A stretch of 64,000 nucleotides of DNA from the human T2T-CHM13v2.0 reference genome, Homo sapiens, in assembly GCF_009914755.1 (NCBI RefSeq), contig NC_060926.1; one strand, written 5' to 3'. Position numbers and translations under genes: made by a program. The notes under the pieces are model-generated. The model made no database searches, was not told where the DNA came from, and worked only from the letters and a program-made list of their open reading frames with translations. This document shows, one piece after another, positions 21,690-35,438 of this stretch (position 1 is its first letter; every line of letters starts with the position of its first letter).

Positions 21690-22470
21690 TGAAATTTGAA
21701 TGAACAAATAAAAACATCAAAAGAAGAGGCAGACACCAAAACAAATACACAGAGAGTATGTAGGAAGAAGAAAACGTCCAAAAAAATCTATAACTAGTAA
21801 TTGCAGAGAGATAAGAGAAAGAATTGCATACATGAAACAAGAATAGAATGCCTGGAAAGGAATAGTCAGAATATGGAAGCATCTGGGGAACGAAAAATGG
21901 GGTTTCTAAAATTAAAATCTTAATAGAAAGACGAAAAGTTAAAGTCTTACCAAAATGAGACCAAAAAATCAGGATAGACGTAGGAAGGAAGATGATGATA
22001 AGAAAATAGTGGTTAAATTTAGAAACTCCAATGTTCCAGTAATAGAAGTTCCAGAAAGATGAAAAAGTAAAAATTGAGACAAGGGGTGAATAAGCAAATA
22101 GTAAAAGAAGATTTTTCTTTATAACATAAAGAGCTATGATTTGAGATTGAGGCCTTCCAGGTGGCCAGACAGTGAATAGAGAGAGATTCCTAGGACACCC
22201 GGTCTTGAAATTCCAAAACATTAGGAAGAAAGGTTCTGGAGAGAGAAAAAGCCATGCACTTACAAAGGAGTACAAACGAGGGTGTTATCAGGCCTCTGAA
22301 CAACAGCATTTAAAACTGAGTGAAAATGACTTCACCTAGAATGTGATACCTGGACAAACAATTGATCACCAATGCATTTTGAGGCATACAAGTCATCACT
22401 TTAATTCCTGCTTTACGTTTTTTTCAGGAAGCTTGTAAAGGGATTCTCCAAAATAAGGGAGTAGCCCAAG
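21690..22470 (+). mobile_element. Old L1M-like fragment (ORF1 region)
   Basis: A-rich decayed sequence with L1 ORF1-like phrases (aatagaagttccagaaaga, ttatcaggcctctgaacaacagca, cacctagaatgtgatacc). Confidence 0.45.
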
Positions 22471-22872
22471 AGGGTGGGCGATGCGGAATCCAGGACAAGG
22501 AGTGGGGATGGGAAACGCAGAGTCAGGAGGAGTGTCATTCTCAGGCTGGCAGCTGGCCCGTGGACAGTCACGCCACATGGCAGGCATGTGGCTTTATGCT
22601 TTGCAAATCCTGGTGCTGCCTCATTGTACCCTTTGGTGTCTGAGCAAGTCTATTCATCTGTGTAACCAGTTCCCTGCATCCCTGTTTAGATCCCGAATTA
22701 AACATATGCTATTCCCATTGGGTGGGATTGGTGTTGGGAACTAGGGTTAGGGGAGGGGAAATTAATGAGAAAGTTTTATTTCTTTTTTTTACATTGAGAA
22801 AATACTACTTTTGCTATTAAAATAATAATGTATATTTGTGAAGTGGTAAAATTCATGTATCACCTTGCACAG

Positions 22873-23034
22873 GTATGGAGAAGATCAACTTTTCAGGTGG
22901 AGAGCCATTTCTTCAAGACCGGGGAGAATACCTGGGCAAGTTGGTGAGGTTCTGCAAAGTAGAGTTGCGGCTGCCCAGCGTGAGCATCGTGAGCAATGGA
23001 AGCCTGATCCGGGAGAGGTGGTTCCAGAATTATG
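22873..23034 (+). CDS. RSAD2: RSAD2 coding exon 2 (162 nt)
   Basis: Acceptor TTGCACAG|GT, donor TATG|GTGTGC. Encodes (G)[53 protein letters not shown], including the radical-SAM GGEP motif. Confidence 0.97.
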
Positions 23035-24519
23035 GTGTGCTCCATGGGATGGCATTCTTCTTATTGCTATTGCTATTTTTATTGTTGGTTCTTATATTTC
23101 CTTCCCTCCTGGGCCTTCAGCCAGGCCTGCTGAGGAACTGGAAGGGAGGAAAAACTAATCTTGCTTACTCTAATTGCTTTTCAAGCTGTGCACGGCATTA
23201 TGGCAGTTTTAGTTCCTTAGGGCTCTCAGTAAACAAGTTTGGCAAGTTAGATAATAGACCTTTTACTGAGATGACTATCTTGTACATTGCAATTTAGCAA
23301 ATACAAGATCTATGGCCTTAGTTTAGACACTAGGTAGGAAAATTAACACATTTGACAGCTTTGTAATAAAATATCTCTGTTGGGACTGGACTGGATCCAT
23401 GACTAATTTTATCAGAACCTCGTGGTGTGTGGATTAGCCAAGGTGGAGGGCTCCAAGGGATTCCACCATGTAGCCAGGATTAAGAACTGCTGAATTCTAA
23501 GGCTGCTGAGATTCCTCGCAGTTCAGTTTTCTGCAGGTGTCATGTCCATATAGCAGTTCTTAAAACTTAGCAAGAGCTTGGAAAACATTAGCTCTTCTTA
23601 TATGGACTGTCATGTTGGGAAACAGGTATAATCTGTTACAGTACAATTCTCTGTTCTTGTTTATATGAGCTGTTGGAGCCTTGAAGTCTTTCAAAGGGAA
23701 ACTGCATTTATAATCTGTTGAGGATGTTGCTGAGACATCTCTGATACCCCATCTGTGATGGTGCGGACATGGACTGTGGGGGAGGGACGCTGTGGATGTG
23801 GGTTGGAGGGTCCATCTGATAAGGGTTAAGCAGGTAGAGAAGAGTCAAGGTGTCAGATGCAGGTGAATTAGGAAGGGCCTACAAGCGTGTAAAACCAAAA
23901 TGGTAGTGAAGGGAGGCACTTTGTCACTCACACAGGGAGTCTGAGGTTCAAAAGTGAACTTTGGGAACCATACTCAGAGAGAGAAAAAAGAAACTGAGGA
24001 AGCAGTGTGATGGAGACCAACTGGCGGGGTTTTCTGGGTGGGTACCCAGCCAATGCCCTTCCTCCAAGATCAGCCGTCCAGGATGTCCTCGTGGTGTGCA
24101 GAGTAGGGACAGTACTGCATGTCCAGGTCAAATCTCTCAGGCTTGTGGGAGAAAGTGGTATAAATTAGTGAATTTAGAAGCATATAAGAAAAGACACTGT
24201 CAGCAGCATGGAGACAATAGGAAAGCATGAAGACTGTGGAGAACGGGAAGCATCGCGCCATATTCCTATAGTGCATGAGTGGAGAGCCAACTAGGAGGTT
24301 TCATTGATTTTTGTGCAGCAAGAGAATTTGGATGATCCTCAAATTATTAAACATAGATCAAAAATCTACAATTATAAATATTTGAAAATAATTAGAAATA
24401 TTTTTAGGCATTGTGAGGAACAAATGTTTATAGATGCCTATCTGGCCCATAAGCTGCTGATTTTCCACCTCTGGCTTAATGGGTCAGGGATGGGTCTATG
24501 TGTTGAGTGGATGAAGAGA

Positions 24520-25110
24520 GCTGTTTTAGGGCCTCACTACCTCTCTAAGTTTGGTAATTTGCTAGAAGGACTTCCAACACTCAATAGCCAGCTATGCTCA
24601 CGTCTAGGGTTTATTAGAATAAAGGATACAGAACAGAAACAGCAGGGTAAAGACATATATCACCAGAGTCCAGAGAGTCCAGACACAGGCTCTGAGTCCT
24701 TCTCCATCCCAGGCCTCATAAGTTGTACTTTCTCTCTAGCAGTGAACTATAGGGACATATTTGGAATGTCTTTGCACAGGAAGGTCCATTTGAGTCTTAG
24801 GGTCTGAGGCTTTATACAGGGCTAGTCATTTATGCACATGCTGCTATGTAACCAGCTATTGGAACTGAAACTCAGGACCCCAACAACGCAACCAAGGAAA
24901 TCATGGATCTTGTTAAACAATCCTGAGAAGTCTTGACAAGTTGATTCAACATGCCCCATTGCTCCAGGTTTATACACCTCACCAATGATATATAGAATAT
25001 TGTAGCTACCATATGTGCAGGGATTGGCCAAGATTCCACCATGGTTCCAGGTTTTCCTGGAAAGATGTAGGGACTGAGCAAACAGATCTGCTCCATTAAA
25101 TCTCTCTTCC
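24520..25110. mobile_element. Old LTR, MER21/MER77-like, opposite orientation to the 8.2-8.9 kb copy
   Basis: aagtttggtaatttgctagaaggacttccaacactca terminal motif; boundaries approximate. Confidence 0.45.
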
Positions 25111-26436
25111 CAAGAGCTTTGGCAAGGAAAAGCTGAGGACAGGAGGATAGTTATCATGGACACATAGCAAAAGTTGGAAAGGCGGCAGAATATAGCAATT
25201 GACTTACAGATCCTCAGATGACTTGGAAATCAACTAGGTCTGTCTTTAGTATAACTGATAAGGCTGTATGTTTTTGGTTTTGAACTTAATTTCTGGTCTG
25301 TTTGGAGATCAGGTGCTCAGTTACTTGCCTTTTCACAATGTGATATGCCATTAGGAATTTATTTGAGATCAATTTTTAGAACGTTTTGAGTTGTTTTAAA
25401 TTATGGACAGTTGCCTTATTCTGGCTCCAGTTTATGCTAGATATTTTGAGGGCGTATGTTACATACGGATAAAATAAAATTAGCCCAAAATAGGAGTTAA
25501 AATGACTCTTTTTATAATATTAGAGGATAGTTGCTTAAAGAGTTTTTGGAATTTCCAGCTTCTATAATTTGAAAGTAATTTTAAGAAAAAGAGTCGACTC
25601 TTAAAAAGTCACAAAACTAGGAAAACTCAGACTTAATCAACTGCAAGGAGTGACTCAGCCATTGAGAATATCTGTACTTAAGAGATAAGTGGATAGCATG
25701 AAGGAGCAGAGGAAATTGGAGGGATAATAAGATAGGTGGAGTAGAAACTAGTGTGACAGAAACCAAAGCAAAGGTAATTGTGAACACTTGCTGTGCTCCC
25801 AAAACGACACGCTGTCACAGCTCTTCACATACCATGTTGCAAGGAGGGGTCTGTTTACACTTTATTCCCACACCAGGCTTCCCTTTCTCTTGGTTTTCTT
25901 GGCATCTAACACAGTTGTCTCTGACATCACATAGAATGTCTCTAGATATTTAGATGATGAGACAACTGTCAAGAAGATGTCCAGAAGAAGCGGATGAACT
26001 TAGCAAAAATACTAGGGATCTTCAACAGAGCAATTTTATCTGTGTGATGGAAAGAAAAAGAAGTAAATTTATAATTGTTCATAAATAAGTCTAGAGGCAT
26101 CCAAATATATCTACCTGCCTCAGAAATTACATAATTTGTATGCAGGAATAAATGAAAAACCTCATTTAAATATATCAGTAAGTGCTCACACACATACATG
26201 TGTAGAGTTTTCAAATAATCAACTAAGTATTTGCATCATTATTTTACATATATATTTAGTTTTTCAGGTTTGACACAAGAAGAAAGTAAAATTCATATCT
26301 CAATGAGTTTTGTGGGTATAAGGAAAAGTGTCTTTTTAAAAATTTAAACAAGATATATTTTATCACAAGAGATCTAAATAGCCCAAGGGGCTTGGTCCTT
26401 GGATAGAAAAGTTTAAACATGATCATTTTCCCTCAG

Positions 26437-26666
26437 GTGAGTATTTGGACATTCTCGCTATCTCCTGTGACAGCTTTGACGAGGAAGTCAATGTCCTTAT
26501 TGGCCGTGGCCAAGGAAAGAAGAACCATGTGGAAAACCTTCAAAAGCTGAGGAGGTGGTGTAGGGATTATAGAGTCGCTTTCAAGATAAATTCTGTCATT
26601 AATCGTTTCAACGTGGAAGAGGACATGACGGAACAGATCAAAGCACTAAACCCTGTCCGCTGGAAA
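26437..26666 (+). CDS. RSAD2: RSAD2 coding exon 3 (230 nt)
   Basis: Acceptor TTTTCCCTCAG|GT, donor AAA|GTAAGT. Encodes (G)[24 protein letters not shown]...[12 protein letters not shown]...LNPVRWK. Confidence 0.97.
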
Positions 26667-29600
26667 GTAAGTACACAAGGTCGCTTTTGCTGAATTCCTT
26701 CAAGAAAACTTTCAGGAATGACTTTTTTCAATGAAACTGAAAACAATACTGATACAAGAGAACTCTGGACCTCGCAAGCCAGTCCAGAAGTCAGGTCCTT
26801 GGTCTTTCAGCTCTGTTAGACTTAAAACTATACTTTTCTTTGTCTTAGACATAAAACTAGACTTTTCTTTGCCTTACTTCCCTTTTCTGAAAACATGATA
26901 TGATTTCCTTTGGAAATATTGTGAGGATAAACATAAAAAAATATGCTCAGTGCTTTGAAATGTTTGGAAGAATATGTTCATAGAAAGCCTAAATTTATTT
27001 TTAAAACTCTTGGCTTATGGATGGACAGATACCGGTTCCTCATAAATTCTGATGCAGTGAATTTCTAGAAGACATTAGGGTTAAAGTCTTCCCCAAGTTG
27101 TAGCAAAATGGGACCTTTATTCCCAGATTCATGCTTTAGGGCTGGCCCCACTACCAGCTACTAAAAGCCAACTCCACATATGCAGCTCCCACTCTGTGCA
27201 GACATCATGACTAAAATCCCAGTTTTCTACCTTTGACTGCTCGTCAGAAGCAAATCAGGAGGCTGTTTAAAAAGCAGCTTCTTGGGCCTCATATCTGCTG
27301 CCCTGAAACAGGGCCTGTGGTGAAGGTAAGCATAGCAGGGAGGGCTTGCACAAACGTGTATTTCTAACAAGCAGTCCAGGTGCAATGAAAGATAAGATGC
27401 AGAGCTCAGTGCTAGCACAAACACACAAAAAGAGATGTGGGAAAAGTCACATGATAGAAAGCTATGTGTGCTACCATATCGTGAAATGGCAAAACAGGCT
27501 GAGCTTAAGTGGAAGGCTTCATATAGGAGGAAGCATTTGGCTATGCTCTGAAAAATGGAAAGAATTTTCGTAGGTGGCAAAGACCTGAAGAAGAAAGGCA
27601 CATCCAGACTAGAGGGCTTTGCCTGCACAAAAAACAGCTTTTCCTTCAAAGCTGCCTTGGCTGTTTTTTTAAATCCCATGTCAGCATTCCAAATAGAGTT
27701 AGGGAAGAGGGAAAGGGATATTCTATCATTTTCCTGAAGCTGTCCTGTAATATGTGGAAATGGGTTAGGGGAAGCTGGAGATGCTACTTTCAAAAATTGC
27801 TAATAGGTGTGTTGAACTTGAACTTTTGGTTACATATATAAGGATATGAATTATCAGCCACATTCCCAGGTCTAGAAGGAACTGGAGAAAAGCTAAAGAG
27901 AGAGGTCTGATAGGAAAAACAGGGACATGATCCACCAGGAAGGCAGAGGCTCCAGCTGGAGGGCTAAGCTGCCTTAGACATGTTGACTTTCCTGCCTGCC
28001 CCTCTCCTGTACCCACCTCTCTTGTCTTCCCTATGTTTCCTGTTACTGTCTTCCTCATTGTTCTCTTTTGGTGTCCTTTTTTCAGATGTGTAAATATTTT
28101 TTCCCCACAGCTTGGTTTTCTCCTATCTCATGGCCTTTCTCTCAGATATTTTGACTCCCACACTGGCTTCCATTCATCTGATTCACTGTAGATTTGCCAT
28201 CAAGATCCTGACTCTTTTGGTGGAAGGCTAGTTTCTGCCTGTTTGGAAAACCAGATTATTGATGTATGCAGGCTTCCAATTGATGTAAATTGATGCTTCT
28301 GGAACAGGTGCCTGTTCTTAGTCCAATCTTACATTGCACTCAGAACCTAGTTTCCTGAGGCTGCCTCCTCCACTGTGAGGCTGTGGGCTGGAAGGTGTCA
28401 CCAGCCGTGTCCCCGGGACAACAGCAATGAGCATGCGTGATTACTCACTGGGAGGCTTTGTTGTGACCTGTAGGCTTGCTCCAGCAGCATGGGAGGAGAG
28501 GGCTCCTTCTACTCCCCCATGCCCAATCCCACACCCTCAATATTGTTCCCCTTCCAGCTCCTACGGCTTGCTTTTCTCCTGCAGAAGCCCTTCCAGTCTA
28601 GCTGGCTGATTCTGGAGTCAAAGTCCCTGGAAAAAAATGCCTGTGCTGTATGTCTTCTTTGATAGTCAAGTCTGCTCATGATTCAAACCTACATGGAAGG
28701 GCACTCCCTCCCTGCCAGGCCTCTCCTTACCCTGAGCCTGGATGGGGCATGAGGATGGGTGACAACCCCTCCCAAGATGCTCACAGTCTATTAAGGAAGA
28801 CACCATGAAAGCAAATAGCAAAATTATCCTATGACCAGGGGCCAGTGGAGGCAAATATCAAAAGACCGAGAAGCAAAAAAGAAGAGGAAAAATAAAGAGT
28901 GAGCAAAAAAGGCAACATGAAGTGTTGACAATTTCTTCTCATCTGACTATAGTGGCATCTGAGTGGTTCAGACGATGATATTAGTGAAATTCTGTGTAGA
29001 ATCATCCTTTCCATGGAAACCCTTTAGATCTGGGTTTGTCCTGCCTCTGTGTTGGGTTGGCTGTCACCCTTTGTCACCTTGGGCAAGTCTCTTCAATTCT
29101 TGCCTTTTCTAGGACTGACTTTTATTTTCAAATGATGGTAGTATGTATAGAATAATACACTGTCCACACTCTTACACACACATTTGTTTACTTAAAAGAC
29201 TGTTGAAAGAGAATATTAATGATTTTGAAAAACTGTTCTTAGGTCTTACATGAAAAACAGACATATGCTAGAGGCCTTCATAAGAATATATTAAAAATCA
29301 GCAGAGAAAACAATGTTTTTAAAATGTGTTTTTCTGGGTTATGGGATTACACATGATTTATTTTTATGCTCTTTTATAGTTTATATTTTTTCAATAAGTA
29401 CCTATTATTTTGTTGTCTGAAAATTTATGACTCAATCAAACATAATCTAGACAAGTTTTTGAAAGTTTATATTTTAATAATGTTTGTGCTTCTGACACCA
29501 TATTCCTAAATTTCAGGGCTAGCTTTCATTTCCCCAAAGTAATATCTTTCTAGAATGTTCCTCAGCTCGTAGAGTCTCTTTGCTCAGAAGAGATGAAGCT

Positions 29601-29677
29601 TGAAAAGGGGGAGTGAGGTTTGGGGGAAAACACGATGGAAAGCTCTCTGCAAAGCAAACACTACCATTGCCTTTCAG

Positions 29678-29827
29678 GTGTTCCAGTGCCTCTTAATTGA
29701 GGGTGAGAATTGTGGAGAAGATGCTCTAAGAGAAGCAGAAAGATTTGTTATTGGTGATGAAGAATTTGAAAGATTCTTGGAGCGCCACAAAGAAGTGTCC
29801 TGCTTGGTGCCTGAATCTAACCAGAAG
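29678..29827 (+). CDS. RSAD2: RSAD2 coding exon 4 (150 nt)
   Basis: Acceptor CTTTCAG|GTG, donor AAG|GTTGTA. Encodes [50 protein letters not shown]. Confidence 0.97.
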
Positions 29828-30987
29828 GTTGTATAAAGCAAAAGTTGTTTTCTTTGTCATCATACATTCAGATTGATTCCCAAAAGGGAAGTCTCTCAGC
29901 CAAGGACCCCACACATTGTTATTTTAGAGGGTTCGGTGGTGAGAAATGGGAGGAATGCCATGTCAGGGCAGATAGGGCTGAGGGCTGCCATTGACTCTGC
30001 CACCTCCCAGCTGCAGGGTCTTTAGAGAGCTTCAGTTTCTCTATCCACGATGGATAGAGTGGTACTTTGCAGATGATACAACTGTATATAGATTCATGTA
30101 GATATTCTTGCTATATGATTCATATAAGTATAATGTCCCTATGTGTCATACATGCATGACATAACCCCTAAACATAGAAAGAACTAACGAACGCCACTCT
30201 GTTGATATCAACATTATCACTTTATTTAGTTGAATAATCTCTATGTATAATTTTGTTATGTTGCACAGAATGTAGAAGAAATGTTTCCCATTTAGTTTTC
30301 TAATGTAATGACAATTGGATCCATCCTATTAGCACAAATTTCATACACCGATAAAACAAGGTTGGCCAAAACATGTCTACACTGTGGAGCTTCAGGTATA
30401 ACTAGAAGCCGGGTATCTAAAAATGTGTTCTCAGAAGCTACAGGAAAAAAAATCCATTAATAAGGAACCTCCTTATTAATGAAAGATACAAACTTTAAAA
30501 AAATTATGATAGTATAATTGAATCCATAAAATTAAAAATATGTCACACATATCATAAAATTAAAAGTGAAATATGTTAACATGATATACTGAATTGTATA
30601 AAATAAAGTATTATATATAAAGTTATTTAAATCAATAAGAATCTATGAACACCAAAAAAAGCAAAACATCCAATGGGCATAAATAGATAATTTACAGAAA
30701 AAAAACAAATGGTGAATAAACATTTTAAGAGTATTTGATATTGTCTATATTCAAGGAAATACAAAATAAAATATGAAGCATAAAGTTGCAGTAAGAGAGG
30801 CAAGTTCATATTGTTAGCAAGAGTATAAATTATTGCAACTTTCCTAGAAAACGAATTGCTAACTTTATAACCTTTAAAATAGCCCATATTTGAATTTAGA
30901 AATTCTACCTTAAAACAAGAGAAATATTCACAGAACTAGAGAAGTACTTATGTAAAGATATGTTACTGCAGTATTAAGAATAATACC

Positions 30988-31286
<299 letters not shown>

Positions 31287-32129
31287 AAGAATAATACCAA
31301 AAAAAAATAAAGATAGCCTGTCATTCAGCATACAGAGAATGAGTAAGTCTGTAGGTTCACAGAATGAAATGTTACACTGACTAACAAGCATATTCCAAAA
31401 ATTTTTAAGTGACAAGGAGAAATTCTGATAATATAATAGTAGGTACAGATAAAAAACAGTATGCAAAATTAATTTGAAGTTTAATCCTGATGTGTAAAAA
31501 AAAGTATCTCTACATATTCCTTTGGTTATCTTGGAGTAGTGGAATTATAAGTAGTTTTATTCACCTTTATAACTTTTTGAACTTTAAAATTTTGTAACTT
31601 AAGTATTAGTTTTATTATTTTAAAAACAGCTTCTCCATCTGCCATCCAAAAATACATATACAGGAAAATCTCTACCCCATATGTTTAAGTAATGCTAGGA
31701 ACTCAAAGAGCAGACATTCATTCCTTATGCTTTAGACTTCTGAGGCTCTAGGTAAATGGTTCAAGTTTGAAAGGTAATGTTGAAGTGAACATGAACAAGA
31801 AAATCTCAGAATGAAGGACAGGATGACCATCAAAAAGAAGAGAAAGGGGGTAGAGGAGGTTTTCCTCTATGCACTATTTTATTTAATTTTTTAAAACTCC
31901 ATCTTAATAGTTAATATGACATCAAAGAAAATTTGGTTGAGTACCTCCTTTGTAAGAGGGACTGTTAACCCTTTGACTCATTGCCATTCTCACTAATGCT
32001 TCATGAGCCAGGTTGTATCATCCCCATTGTATACATCAAGAGGCCGAGTGGTAGGTACTCATTTACCTGACTTGTATCAGGGGCAAAATCTGAATTTTGA
32101 TGACCCCAAAGCCCACAAACCTTTTAGCC

Positions 32130-32620
32130 AGTTTGTTTCAAACTTCATCAAATCACCTGGGATCTTGTGAAAGGGCAGACCTCTACTCAGTGGGTCTGAG
32201 GTTGGCCCACCACTCTGCACCTTGAACTAGTTCCCAGATGATGCTGATGCTACTGGTACCCCACTAGACATTCAATAGCAGGTCTGCTCCCATCCCTTCC
32301 TAGGAGTTGGCAAATGCTGGCCCCAGGGATGGGTCTGGCCTGCCACCTGTTGTAGTACAGGATGCAAGTTAAGACTTGATGAGGGAAAACATCAAAACAA
32401 GAATCGTATTTGTGCCCTGTGAACATTATATAAAAGCTGGTTTTCTGGGTCCATAAATTAAGTTTCAGTGGAGCTCAGCCAAGCTATTTTTCTTATGTAT
32501 CATCTGTGGTGGATTTTGGGCTGCAAAGCACAGTTGATTAGTTGTGACAGACTGTGTGGCCTGCTAAGCAGAAAATATTTGCTATCTGGCCCTTTACAGA
32601 AAACATTTTACAGACCCCTA
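32130..32620. mobile_element. hAT-family MITE remnants (MER5A-like, then MER58-like)
   Basis: aaatcacctggg...cccagatgatgctgatgctactgg and ggagttggcaaa...gaaaatatttgctatctggccctttacagaaaa motifs. Confidence 0.55.
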
Positions 32621-33166
32621 TCTACAAGAATAGGTATAGAAGGAATACCTTCCCATCAACAGTGCAGGTACAGCTTCTATATACCTATAGAAGTCATAAC
32701 TGTTTGTAAGTAATGTTAGGGTAATAATAAAATCCTCAGGTAAATCGAAGCTCCAAAAAAATAGCATTCAAGAGAGTTCTGCTTTATACATTGAAAAGGG
32801 AGAAATTAGATACATGGTGGACACAGTCATCAGAAATATCATGTAAAGAAGAAAAGGGCTCTCCCAAAGTGTGAAGGGTTGGGGAAATTGCCTTGGGGTT
32901 CAATGTCAGGGAAGCCTTCAGGATGAAGGTTCTGATGTGTGACCTTTTCAGCAAAGAGCAGAGAATCCAGGCCTGCTGTGATCTGTTGAAAACCGAATGC
33001 ACACAAACAGAGCCTTGTCTTGTGAGGGCCATGCCAAAGGCAACTCAAGGGAAATGAGAAATGCTGGATCCAAAACAATACAATGCAAACACTACAGGTG
33101 GACAATTGAGCTCACATACTGAGAAATGCACCTGAAACTAAATTTGTATTAACTTCTCCTTTGCAG

Positions 33167-33199
33167 ATGAAAGACTCCTACCTTATTCTGGATGAATAT
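33167..33199 (+). CDS. RSAD2: RSAD2 coding exon 5 (33-nt micro-exon)
   Basis: Acceptor CTTCTCCTTTGCAG|ATG, donor TAT|GTGAGT. Encodes MKDSYLILDEY; too short for the ORF track. Confidence 0.95.
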
Positions 33200-33954
33200 G
33201 TGAGTATTTCCAATGAGTTATAAAATTAAAACTTAATTAATTAATTAGCAGTAATGGCAGAGTTGAGTTCCATGAGCATAACTATCTAGTACCTATTTGT
33301 CCTTCTTAATTAGCACTTCACAGTTTGATAGTCAGTGATTATGATTATGCCAGAGCCCTCACTTCACAGGGTCAAATGTGGAGCTAAACACTGGAACAGA
33401 ATAAGCTTCAACCCAGGTCCCAGCACTGATTTGCACTGAGCACCATATGATATTGTCTGCCATGTAACTATGCATCCGTGGATGTCACATTGAACCCGTT
33501 ATCACACACAACAGAGTCATCTGTTATGTAGTCCTGGGCTGGAGGCTCTCCTGAGATAGGGCATCCAGCCTACTTTGAAGGAAGGCCATATCACTCTTCT
33601 CATTATCTTGGACAAACCAGGCACAGCCAGCTTGTCTTCTGATTGATAAACCTTGGCTTTCCTAAGGAGAGGCTTATGTTTCTGCTCCAAACACCACTGA
33701 TATTATTCCTACCCCCACTGCCTTCCAAAGGAAGAGGGAAACCTACCCTTCTCAAAACTGAAAAACAAATCACTTTCCCCTTTCCTCTGTCTTTTTTTTT
33801 CTAGATCTATAACCATTGCCACTCTTCCTAGCAAAGGACAAATAATTCCATTTGAAGACATATTTTAAAGAAATGAGCTCCAACAACCTTGAATTCCATA
33901 TTTAAATTGGATTTGTTTTTTGGAGAAATACTTACTGTCACTTTTGATGTTTGC

Positions 33955-34242
<288 letters not shown>

Positions 34243-35273
34243 GGTATTTTGTTATTTTCAAGTTAACCAATCATTGTTTATACCCATTTCATTTCTTAAC
34301 AATATAAGCTTTCTTAATAGAGCATAAGGGAAAAGGTGATAAGGAAAACATTTAGTTTCTGGGTCCAAGGTAGAGAGGAAAATTCAAACAATTTATTTTT
34401 GGAGTGGAAATTATTATGATTGTCTAGTGATTTTGACCAGCATCCCTCAACAAACTCACTGGTCTCCACATATTTGGAAAACACATCGTTGAACCAAAAT
34501 TTGCTTTTACCAATTGAATAACATTTTGCTTCAATAAGTATTACTTGAGCTCCTATGAAACACTCAGTGTAGGTCGTAAGGAGTGTGAAGAAATCGTTTC
34601 TGCCTACAGAGTAGAATAGGACAGACTAAAACAAATGAAAATGGATGGAATAAGATTAAAACAAAGAGCCTTCGCAGGTCATGGAAGACTCTTCTTGATC
34701 TGGCACCTGCCATGGAAGACTCCTCTTGATCTGGCACCTGCCTGCCTCAGCAGCACCTTTCTTTTCATCCTCTCTCCGTTTCTCAAAACAAGCCTTTATT
34801 AATATTTACATATATGCATGCATGCACGGATGCATGCACATCATTACTATTCCAGAAACACCGTCTACCTCCATTTCCCCAGTACATCATGCTATATCAC
34901 ACTTCTGTGCTTTTATGATACCATTCCCTCCAATTTAAAATCTCAACACATAATTCAGATGTTAGCATTTGGGGCAAGCCTCTCCTGATTACCCCTTCCC
35001 CCAGTGGAACTACATCTGCCCATGCGGGGCGCATATCATTCTGTTTATTGTGCGCTTAGGTGTCTACTGTACTTAGCCCAGCCTCTTCCACCAGACCGTG
35101 AGCTGGTTGAGTAGAGAGATGGGGTCCAAGGGGTTCAATATCAGCCACAGATTTCAAAAGATACCTGTCGACATGACTGGAATATCAAAAGCTATTTGGG
35201 ATTAATAGTCTAGATTGAGTTTTACAGGATTCATCACATGGAAATATACCAGTTTCTGTTATGAATTTTCTAG

Positions 35274-35438
35274 ATGCGCTTTCTGAACTGTAGAAAGGGA
35301 CGGAAGGACCCTTCCAAGTCCATCCTGGATGTTGGTGTAGAAGAAGCTATAAAATTCAGTGGATTTGATGAAAAGATGTTTCTGAAGCGAGGAGGAAAAT
35401 ACATATGGAGTAAGGCTGATCTGAAGCTGGATTGGTAG
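35274..35438 (+). CDS. RSAD2: RSAD2 coding exon 6 (165 nt including stop)
   Basis: Acceptor TTTTCTAG|ATG. Encodes [54 protein letters not shown]-stop. The six exons sum to 1086 nt = 361 aa + stop. Confidence 0.97.

Noticed and set aside
21655-22275. 206-aa hydrophobic minus-strand ORF
   Set aside because: Antisense reading of an A-rich decayed L1-like tract; Phe/Leu bias is compositional.
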